Shown here: in pieces, positions 12,301-20,000 of the stretch
Numbering within the stretch: the stretch's first letter is position 1
Layout: the number at the start of each line of letters is the position of its first letter
Source: Trichinella spiralis
Lineage: Eukaryota
Direction of reading: 5' to 3'
NCBI RefSeq assembly: GCF_000181795.1
Contig: NW_003526945.1
Location: forward strand, 3,941,703-3,961,702
DNA: 20,000 nt
The notes under the pieces: generated by a model
The model's input: the letters and a program-made list of their open reading frames with translations, nothing else
The model's database searches: none
Told to the model about the DNA's origin: nothing
Position numbers and translations under genes: made by a program

Positions 12301-15300
12301 ACGTCGGCGGTGTACCGGATAGCTTTCCCAAAGACGCGTAAATTCATATTTTTGTTGTTGTTCTCTGCTACACAAGAAAGAGAAGTGGTGTTTCTTTTTT
12401 TGAAAAATGATTTTTTTTCACATATGTGCAGTTGGTTCTCGTACGGCATCCAGTGGAGAGGCTTTTACGGTTGTATCCGGTCCATTTCGCATGGCTTTGG
12501 TCAGAATATTGACATCCGGAACGCGTTGAAGTCGTTGAACGTGGACGAATCGTGCGTGGAATCCAACGAGCGTTTGGCCACTGACGACAGAGTGATCAGT
12601 TTCAACGGACAGGGCGTCTTTGCGATGCAGAGTTTCATCTTGGACGCAGACTCTTCGTTGTCGTTCAACATGCGTACAACTGCCGAAGAGGCGATTTTGC
12701 TTTATCAGAGCAGTCAGTTGAAAAACAAACGTCGCAGAGATATCCATTCTGAGGTGACTGGCCACTTTTATTTCCACATCATCTCCCTTCTTGCCTTTTG
12801 CACGACATACTTGCTTTTATGGGATTGTGTAAAAATTTTCATGCTGGTGGATGAAATTGCATTTTTGTTTGCAGGGTTTTGTTGTTGTCTACATGATGCA
12901 AGGGCGAGTGTATGTGCACATTGGACGTTCAACTGGCAGTGCAATTACACTGCACACTGACGACAACTTCAACGACGGTAAATTGCACAACATACTGATC
13001 AAACGTGAAAAGGCTAGGTTTGTTTGTTTGTTTGTTTGTTTGTTTGTTTGTTTGCATCATGCCAATGAATTTGCAGCGTGACGTTGTTTGTCGATGATTT
13101 GGAAATGGATAGTGGCGAATTTGATACGTTGTGGACTCTTGGTTCGGTCGAGTCGATTCTGTTGCTCGGTGGATTGGCCGGAGTGAAAGTTCCCTCTGAT
13201 GAAGCGACTGTGACACGTTCTTTCGTCGGTTGCCTTTCTGATTTCTTTCTGAACTACGAGTTTGTGATTTTTTTCCATTAATTAATTAATTAATTAATTA
13301 ATTAATCAACACTGCTCTATTTTACTTTAATTTGTTGTTTTCTAATTTTGCAGAAGGATGCCGTTGTTGCCTCATTTTCTTCTGAACGCTCGGCTTGGCT
13401 ACTGCGGGTTGGGAAGCTACGATGGCTATTATGGTATATAATTTCATTTTAGCAAATAATTTCATAAATTGCTGAAAACTAATTCTCGACTATATGTTCA
13501 AAAGTATTTGTTTGTTTTAATGAGTCGATTTTATTAATCCTTTTTCTCATTAAACAGTAAATTCTTCTCCTATTATAAATAAATTAATCGTTATCGAATT
13601 AAATATTTATCTCTTGAAGGCATTTTTTCTGCATAGTGCTGTTTAGTGGCTACAGTTTGCTTGCTTGCCTCCTTGCTTGCTTGCTTACCTGTGCTTCAGA
13701 CCGTATATATATATATATATCGCTTTTTGCAGATTAAGTGTGCGATTGTTGTTGATGATGACGTGCTTATAGGGAAATTCTTTTTTTTTGTTTGCTTTTT
13801 ATTTCACAACCATACTAGTAGTAGCAGTGGATTTTGTGACATTAAATGAAAAGTGAAGAATATTTTTTAATATAAAATGACGCTTTTCATAAAATATTTA
13901 TGATCAAGTTCGTCATTGTTGTGTTGTTTTTTTTTCTTTCTTTTCTTGCGTGTAATTTAAATGAAGTTTGTAATAATTTTATTTTTTACGTTAATTTCCT
14001 TTTTTTCTTTTTCTTGGGAAAGTTTACGTGTAATTTCTGCAAGTGAAATTTCTAATACGCGTTTCTTGTATGCGTGAAAAGTTGCTTCTCTCCAAGGTGT
14101 GAAATCAATGGATCCACTGCTAGCCGATGACAGCACCGGTCAGATTCCGGTCTTGTTTCGAAAGCGACTTCAACCTGCTTTAACTGCGAAGAAAAATGGC
14201 AAGAAATGGCAGTTGAAAACTCGTCGAGGAGGTGATATTTTCTGAAAAAATGAACATCACTTATTATCATTAAATAAATATGTGTAACAACCTTTTCAAG
14301 CATACGTATAATTGTGTATGTATGTATGTATGTATGTATGTTAGTTTGTTTGTTTGTTTGAAATGGAGGGGTTGGACTTTTTTTCATGATTTGGTTTAGT
14401 TTTGTCATTTGTGTTATTATAAATTAATTGCACGTCACAATTTGCAATTTTCATATATTTTCAATTCACACAACATTTACAGATGCTGTGCTAGGAATGA
14501 ATGCTCTATTTTTTGTCCATTTGAATATTAAAAGGGAAGGAAACAAGCACACACATACACGTACACGGACAAACATGACGAAGCACATTTTCGAAATTAA
14601 CACCAGTTGAGTGGCTGAACTGTGACGAACACTTTTCACTTTGTTGGAAATTTATCTCTACTCGTTTCCATATTTGGCGATACTTTTTCTTTGGTTAATT
14701 GCTTTCCGATGCTAAACTTTGCCTGATTTGTTGCGCATGTGTCATGGTGTTGTTTTCTATTTTTGGGTTCATTTTTGGTCTTTTTTATTGAAATTATTTG
14801 CTCAGTTAAAATTGCTGGATTTAGAGTTAGAGCCTGAATTGGCAGTTTGACAGTACGTGATTATTGTTGTATGCCGTGTTCTTTGAAGTTAGCTTTTTTT
14901 TTGATTTTGCGTTTGGTTTAGGTGAGAGAATCACTTCCTCGACGGTTCCGTCCAGTTCAGAGGAAATTGAAGTACAATTGACCACCACCACCACCAGCAG
15001 CAGTGTTGCGTCGGTACTCACAACTGACGCGTCAATTTTCAGTTCTGGAGAGGTTTGTTGTATTTTGTTTGTTAAAATTGTCCATATTGCAGAGAAGCCA
15101 GTTGCAAGCTGTTCAATTATGTATGATTTATTTAGCAGGAAAATTGCAAGTCGTCACCTTGTTGCATTGGAAAGCCTGCCCAGAATGCTTTATTTTACAA
15201 TTCTACTGCTAGTTATACTCGTATGTTTTTCCAAGAGAACTTAGCTGATGCAGGAGAGTGAGTGACGAATGATTTTTTTTTCTGTTCTTTCCCCACTTCA

Positions 15301-15901
15301 CCTCAAATTAGTTGAATTCTGCACAGGTTTACCAAGAATTAATATTTAATATTTCAGTTTGAAATTTTCATTCCACTTTTGCACCGCTGAACCTGATGGT
15401 GTATTGTTATTCTGGTCGAATCGAAAGTACTCGCATTATGTGGCTCTTGTATTGGAAAATGGCCTGTTGACGTTGCATTTGCAAGGTCACAAGATGATTT
15501 CCCCCATAATGGCAACAGTGGCCAGCGGACAACGTTTGGACGATGGTCACTGGCATGGAATTGTTTTCCATAAGCAGCAGAGGCAACTTTCAATTCAACT
15601 CGATAATCACAAGCCAACATTTTTGAAAAATTTGCCCAAAACGTTGACTCTTCGAATGGCAGGTGGCTTGCTGCTCGGTGGTCTGCCGAAAAAGCTCCAA
15701 AATCGCATTCAAACGGTAATCAACTTTTCACTTTTATATCCGATGATTAATTTTTTTCAGCTCTTCATTGTCTTTCTATTTTGTTATTATTATTAGAAAT
15801 TTGCGTTGCCATTTATTGGCTGTATTGGTGATTTTGAATTTAATGACAAAATTTACACTCTTCTCAACGGACGCAATCAAATGACATTCTCTTGTCGATA
15901 G
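1083..15901 (+). CDS. lam-3: Laminin subunit alpha, alpha1/alpha2 class (lam-3 / wing blister / LAMA2-like); 5'-partial, multi-exon
   Basis: Hand-spliced GT-AG exons that keep one frame: 1083-1325, 1407-1466, 1525-1647, 1733-1822, 1894-2011, 2089-2207, 2283-2447, 2513-2668, 2776-2916, 2977-3141, 3208-3300, 3361-3569, 3642-3774, 3922-4035, 4141-4379, 4442-4650, 4719-4825, 4973-5150, 5213-5322, 5394-5577, 5710-6077, 6147-6287, 6370-6534, 6634-6837, 6911-7035, 7109-7229, 7454-7594, 7690-7901, 7961-8154, 8246-8608, 8890-9049, 9128-9326, 9407-9523, 9604-9764, 9826-9961, 10035-10134, 10222-10335, 10414-10587, 10657-10811, 10879-11040, 11193-11347, 11420-11680, 11750-11915, 11983-12136, 12211-12337, 12432-12753, 12875-13017, 13077-13259, 13354-13433, [14097-14231 optional], 14922-15052, 15139-15257, 15358-15715, 15797-15901 (TAG at 15899-15901). 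Total 8,907 nt. The order LN-LE-L4-LE-L4-LE-coiled coil-LG, with two L4 domains and only 4.5 LE repeats after LN, marks the alpha1/2 class rather than alpha3/5 (epi-1). The symbol is assigned by architecture, not by a database search. Confidence 0.95.
1772..2916 (+). CDS. LEa: four laminin-EGF repeats plus a half repeat
   Basis: 8-Cys LE modules beginning [22 protein letters not shown] and CPCSRAGS, then the half repeat [10 protein letters not shown]. Confidence 0.93.
2977..3732 (+). CDS. L4a (laminin B / domain IV) module
   Basis: [25 protein letters not shown]...DVVLKGNG...[22 protein letters not shown]...ISMEVA matches the L4 consensus (YW.AP..Y.G....SYGG.L.Y; FM.VL.N...L.I.A). Confidence 0.9.
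3733..6287 (+). CDS. LEb: ten complete laminin-EGF repeats flanked by two half repeats
   Basis: [13 protein letters not shown] (half); CLCNG, CACPL, CQCNG, CGCNL, CACNE, CNCFA, CDCDP, CPRCP, CDCNI, CQCFL; then [10 protein letters not shown] (half). Confidence 0.92.
6304..6332. repeat. (TA)n microsatellite, intronic
   Basis: Direct reading. Similar (TA)n tracts occur at about 13704-13720 and 16170-16205. Confidence 0.9.
6370..7190 (+). CDS. L4b (second laminin B / domain IV) module
   Basis: [26 protein letters not shown]...[11 protein letters not shown]...[22 protein letters not shown]...[10 protein letters not shown]. Confidence 0.9.
7191..8154 (+). CDS. LEc: half repeat plus three laminin-EGF repeats
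   Basis: [13 protein letters not shown]...; [22 protein letters not shown]...[16 protein letters not shown]. Confidence 0.92.
8246..10811 (+). CDS. Laminin coiled-coil long arm (domains I/II), about 560 aa
   Basis: Begins with the interchain motif SCDVGC, followed by PAPW. Heptad-rich, Cys-poor helical sequence includes AESHADML and [13 protein letters not shown] and ends [19 protein letters not shown], the typical alpha-chain junction into LG1. Ten exons sum to 1,679 nt. Confidence 0.9.
10879..13433 (+). CDS. Laminin G modules LG1-LG3
   Basis: LG1: [21 protein letters not shown]...[11 protein letters not shown]...PLWNF. LG2: GLLYFRGD...[16 protein letters not shown]...YNDGKFH...YVGGVP...FYGCI. 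LG3: VISFNGQG...FNDGKLHNI...LLLGGL...SFVGCLSDF...LGYC. Confidence 0.92.
13018..13054. repeat. (GTTT)n microsatellite starting at a splice donor
   Basis: gtttgtttgtttg... about 9 units; the first unit supplies the GT donor of the 59-nt intron 13018-13076. Confidence 0.9.
13278..13306. repeat. (TTAA)n self-complementary microsatellite, intronic
   Basis: ttaattaattaa... about 7 units. Confidence 0.9.
14097..14231 (+). CDS. Candidate cassette exon (135 nt, phase 1-1) in the LG3-LG4 linker
   Basis: Acceptor cttctctccaag|GT and donor G|gtgata. Stop-free in the required frame: (G)[44 protein letters not shown]. Forms a GC-richer island between AT-rich introns of 663 and 690 nt. Confidence 0.75.
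14313..14360. repeat. (TATG)n followed by (TTTG)n compound microsatellite
   Basis: tgtgtatgtatgtatgtatgtatgtatg ttagtttgtttgtttgtttg, about 80 nt downstream of the cassette-exon donor. Confidence 0.85.
14922..15901 (+). CDS. Ser/Thr-rich linker and final (fourth) LG module with stop codon
   Basis: [32 protein letters not shown]... then [26 protein letters not shown]...[16 protein letters not shown]...YVALVLENG...LDDGHWH...LLLGGLP...[12 protein letters not shown]...FSCR*. Confidence 0.9.
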
Positions 15902-16167
15902 ACGAAAAAACAGCCAGCTAATTTTTAAAAAAAGAAGTCCCGATTTGCCGAAGAAAATTTTATTCAAGAACATCATAATTAAGCTAAATTGAACGAACTG
16001 TTTTTCCGTATTGTGTGTATTTAGGCCTTTTTACATTATTGCACAAGTTCACCAAATTACAATTCCATTATAGAAACAATCATTTCTGCATATGAGCAAT
16101 TTTCTTTTTTTACATGCATTTTCTTGTGATAAACATAAGTTGTTGTTCGTGATGTCTTGCTTTAGTA

Positions 16168-16169
<2 letters not shown>

Positions 16170-16205
<36 letters not shown>
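16170..16205. repeat. (TA)n microsatellite downstream of the stop codon
   Basis: Direct reading, about 18 units. Confidence 0.9.
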
Positions 16206-16207
<2 letters not shown>

Positions 16208-16424
16208 TGTTTTCACTAGTAAAAATGTTTTACTCTTCTTTGTTTTTACCCATAACCAAAAAGTATTATTACTGTGTTATCTATATTGTTAGATAATTGC
16301 TTTGCTCGAAGATTCCATTCGAAACATCCATCCTATGCACTCACTTCCCGGTCGAGTAGTTCTCGAGATATACCGAAAAAAGTGGGAAGCTTTCCAATGT
16401 ATTAAAATAGCCAGTATGCCAACT

Positions 16425-16465
16425 TGAACCCTCCTGTTGTTTTCCGGGTCAAATTGACCCATTTT
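16425..16465 (+). mobile_element. Possible piggyBac-like DNA transposon terminus (degenerate)
   Basis: TGAA|CCCTCCTGTTGTTTTCC-GGGTCAA-A-TTGACCC: a CCCT start after a one-mismatch TTAA, plus a 7-bp-arm palindrome at 16446-16460. piggyBac ends are TTAA|CCY. The resemblance of the rest to known element ends is from memory and was not searched. Confidence 0.45.
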
Positions 16466-17246
16466 GACATTCAAAAAAAATTAATACCAAAATTATTGAT
16501 TGCTGACGTTGAATCTTTTGATTGCTAGTTACATGATGACAGCAATTTGCTGTATTTTAACACTCCTTGACAGAGAGCATTACCGTCAATCACATGGAAA
16601 CAACTTTTACCGCTTCACTGGCTTCGGCGCCTATAGCGAGGCTTCACTACGTCAAAGTGAATTCCAATACTTGCATCACCGGAGATACATTTGAATTCAT
16701 TTGGAGCAACGTCCACAAAACATACACAATGGACAGGGTCATTGTGTAATGAGAAGTGTTTATGCGTTTGGCAAAGCTACAATTAAATTTTCACCTCAAA
16801 CAGAGGGCATTAAGTAAATAAAGAGCAATGAAAAATCTACAGTAACCATATTTATCAGAAGAAGTGAATAAAATAAAAATTTGCATGCGAGGTCGTTTGC
16901 TTTAATGACATAAAGGAAATCATTTCAGTTTGAGGCCGTCCGTGGATGGTAGCTCAGCGTTTTGATCGGAAAATTGAATGAAGACAACCATTGAAGCCAA
17001 ACATTATTTTTGCTTTGTATTCATCATTATTTTTTGGAATAATTTCTAAAAAATGATTTTTTAATCAACATTTAAAGTGCATGAACATCAACAATGGAAA
17101 TACAACGCGTTTATCAGTAAGTGGCAGTTTTTTCATTTTTAAGTCATAATCACTTAACAATATACTTGAGAATCGATATTGAGTATAATTTCTCAATTCT
17201 CAACATGAGATGATAGGTGACTTAATAAACGTACAATTTTAATTTT

Positions 17247-18018
17247 NNNNNNNNNNNNNNNNNNNNNNNNNNNNNNNNNNNNNNNNNNNNNNNNNNNNNN
17301 NNNNNNNNNNNNNNNNNNNNNNNNNNNNNNNNNNNNNNNNNNNNNNNNNNNNNNNNNNNNNNNNNNNNNNNNNNNNNNNNNNNNNNNNNNNNNNNNNNNN
17401 NNNNNNNNNNNNNNNNNNNNNNNNNNNNNNNNNNNNNNNNNNNNNNNNNNNNNNNNNNNNNNNNNNNNNNNNNNNNNNNNNNNNNNNNNNNNNNNNNNNN
17501 NNNNNNNNNNNNNNNNNNNNNNNNNNNNNNNNNNNNNNNNNNNNNNNNNNNNNNNNNNNNNNNNNNNNNNNNNNNNNNNNNNNNNNNNNNNNNNNNNNNN
17601 NNNNNNNNNNNNNNNNNNNNNNNNNNNNNNNNNNNNNNNNNNNNNNNNNNNNNNNNNNNNNNNNNNNNNNNNNNNNNNNNNNNNNNNNNNNNNNNNNNNN
17701 NNNNNNNNNNNNNNNNNNNNNNNNNNNNNNNNNNNNNNNNNNNNNNNNNNNNNNNNNNNNNNNNNNNNNNNNNNNNNNNNNNNNNNNNNNNNNNNNNNNN
17801 NNNNNNNNNNNNNNNNNNNNNNNNNNNNNNNNNNNNNNNNNNNNNNNNNNNNNNNNNNNNNNNNNNNNNNNNNNNNNNNNNNNNNNNNNNNNNNNNNNNN
17901 NNNNNNNNNNNNNNNNNNNNNNNNNNNNNNNNNNNNNNNNNNNNNNNNNNNNNNNNNNNNNNNNNNNNNNNNNNNNNNNNNNNNNNNNNNNNNNNNNNNN
18001 NNNNNNNNNNNNNNNNNN
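17247..18018. other. Assembly gap (772 N)
   Basis: Run of n characters. Confidence 1.
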
Positions 18019-18364
18019 GTTCATTATGCAATGGAGGATCGCCATAACGCTGCATAATCTGTACGTTTGTTGGTATGGGTGCGTTTGTTTATTAACTGAC
18101 GTGGCAATTGGTAGCCTAATGCGAAACGTTTCTCTGAGTTCATTACAACGTTAAGTAGCTGCTGAAGTTTTGTTTCAGAATTACTGACAAGTATTCCACT
18201 TTTTCGGCTTGTTAAAACTTTGCATACTCATTTTTGTAAACCAATTATTTTTAATTAGATAGCACTTAATTATTATATTTGTTGTAAATCTGTTTTGTGA
18301 TAAAGTGAGGACAGTTTTGATTTAATATCATTATTACAGGTTCAAAGAATGGAGCAAAGAACAT

Positions 18365-18485
18365 GTGAAAACACGGACGGCACGAAGCAGAACAGTAGAA
18401 AACAAGAGGTGAATGTGATTTCTTGTGCATCTGTGAAGCAGGGCTAAGCATACTTCGAAAGGGTGAAGTTATTCCTTAGTTTAAT
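18365..18485. repeat. Dispersed repeat, copy 1
   Basis: Block A gtgaaaacacggacggcacgaagcagaacagtagaaaacaa (18365-18405) and block B atacttcgaaagggtgaagttattccttagtttaat (18450-18485) recur at 19210-19250 and 19289-19324. Confidence 0.85.
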
Positions 18486-19209
18486 GAAATTACCCCAGTT
18501 TGTAGTATGTAGTATATGAGTGAGATATTTTCCACTGTAAAACTGTTCTTTTTGATTTTCATATTACGATTAGGTATGACTTCATCTTTAGAAAAATTGA
18601 AAATTAATTAACTCTATTTTCACTTTAAGTGATTTTTTCAAATTTTGCATCATCAGAGATATTTGGTTAATTGCATTTTTTGTTTGATTAACTTTGTTTG
18701 TCAGCATACGCAGCCAGTGTGCTTATATTTCAGGGAAAAGATTTTGCGATGAGTTCCATTTATGTAGGTCATTTTTAAATTTTTAAATATGAAATTCAGA
18801 AATGCAAAGGCGTGTTTTGACTAAGTGAATTTTTCTTTGTTATGGCATTCTATCGGATAGTTTATATTTTGACTGAATTTTAAATGTCAATGTCATTTCT
18901 GAATTTTTAAATACTCCTCAGTGGTTGACTGTAGCTGTGCATTTGAACTACTTTGAAATGAGCTAATTTGAAATGAGCTGAAGACGGTTTTTAATTATTG
19001 AAAGTATTCAAAATTTTCTCGTTGTAACTACTTTTTGGAAACTATATGTATAATCATTTTGTTAAGGTTATCTTTAATTGAAAATCAGTTACTTCTTTTA
19101 TTTCAATATTCTTTGTTCAATTTTTTAATTCCACTGTGTAATAAAGTGCGAAAGGTTTTAATTTAACATTTACTATTCTTAAAGGTATGACCAATGAAGA
19201 AACGAAGAA

Positions 19210-19506
19210 GTGAAAACAGGGACGACACGAAGCAGAACAAGAGAAGACAACCTCCCTGGGACCTCAATTCTGTAGGTCTGGTGTTGGGATACTTCGAAAG
19301 GGCGAAGTTATCCCATAGTTTAATTAAGTTAAAGAAGAGTTTAATTAAAAGAAAGAGATTAAACGGGGGCGACATGAAGCGGAACGCGGACGGCATAAAG
19401 TAAAATTAAAGAAGACAGGATGTGCATACGGTTACCCGTCGGTGCCAATTCTGTTAGTCTCGGCAACAGAAAATTCAAACGGGTGAAGTAATGTCTTAGT
19501 TTAATT
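19210..19506. repeat. Dispersed repeat, copy 2 and degenerate tandem copy 3 (period about 175-180 bp)
   Basis: Copy 2 spans 19210-19324. Copy 3 has aacgcggacggcataaag...gaagaca (about 19383-19418), caattctgttagtct (cf. caattctgtaggtct in copy 2) and ttcaaacgggtgaagtaatgtcttagtttaatt (about 19474-19506). Confidence 0.75.
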
Positions 19507-19847
19507 CGTACAAATCTGCATGGCAGAGTTTTGAATTAATGCCGTGCCTAATCAATCTTGTCGATATAATTTTTGATTTTCATTGATTTTGTTTGTAATT
19601 TTTGTTTTTCTTCTGTTTTTGTATTTCATTGTATTGTTTGATTTTGAACAGTTTGGAAACAAATTGTTTTACTTTTATTTTTTTTCTGAATCTTTTTTAC
19701 TTTAATAGATTCAAATTTTATTTCTACCTCTTTTACTTTATATATTTTATTGATTTTTTATTTTCCCCAATTGCTTTGTTACTTATTTTATTTAAACTTT
19801 AACTGAAATAAAAGTATTGGCAAATGAAACATTGTATACCATTCTTC

Positions 19848-20000
19848 AAAGGGTGGAGGAGGGGGTGGTGGGTGGGTATACGGAGCTTAAAGATAGTTTA
19901 TATATATACGGAGTTGAACACAAGAACAAAGGGCGGAGGAGGGGGTGGCGGGCGGGTATATGGAACTTAAAGATGGTTTATATATATATACGGAGTAGAA
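19848..20000. repeat. 80-bp tandem repeat (at least 2 units, runs off the window end) with G-rich core
   Basis: gggtggaggagggggtggtgggtgggtatacggagcttaaagatagttta... at 19851 repeats as gggcggaggagggggtggcgggcgggtatatggaacttaaagatggttta... at 19931. Confidence 0.9.

Noticed and set aside
2277..13278. Many minus-strand and off-frame ORFs over the laminin gene
   Set aside because: Antisense or alternate-frame shadows of laminin exons; no independent gene structure found.
14483..14610. Another phase-1 acceptor (catttacag) giving DAVLGMN...EINTS*
   Set aside because: Runs through a CA-rich simple repeat, has no convincing donor or poly(A) signal, and is likely chance.
16562..16585. TCCTTGAC resembling a U12 branch point
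   Set aside because: No upstream RTATCCTT donor and no gene model requires it.
17222..18055. Two long minus-strand ORFs (277 and 268 aa)
   Set aside because: Artefacts of translating the N gap.
18365..19506. CRISPR-like repeat-spacer reading of the bipartite repeat
   Set aside because: Eukaryotic context, degenerate and irregularly spaced copies, and no cas genes.
19163..19802. Short ORFs at 19163-19396, 19194-19403 and 19602-19802
   Set aside because: They overlap the repeat or T-rich low-complexity DNA and show no recognisable protein features.

Overview
AT-rich eukaryotic genomic DNA, probably from a nematode. The intron style suggests a Trichinella-like clade I species, but that is inference. 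Positions 1083-15901 (+) hold nearly all of one intron-dense laminin alpha chain gene of the alpha1/2 class (lam-3 / wing blister / LAMA1-2-like). I traced 54 GT-AG exons by hand into a continuous frame of about 2,968 aa: partial LN, LE repeats, L4a, LE repeats, L4b, LE repeats, a coiled coil of about 560 aa, LG1-LG3, a Ser/Thr linker and one more LG module, then TAG. The 5' end of the gene lies upstream of the window. Main points of interest: only four LG modules; a LAMA2-type furin loop in LG3; an RGD in LG2; and an expanded 1.5-kb LG3-LG4 region with a frame-preserving basic cassette exon and a candidate truncating terminal exon. Downstream are a possible piggyBac-like end, a 772-nt assembly gap, a degenerate dispersed repeat and an 80-bp tandem repeat with G4 motifs. 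I found no evidence for a wholly new biological system.
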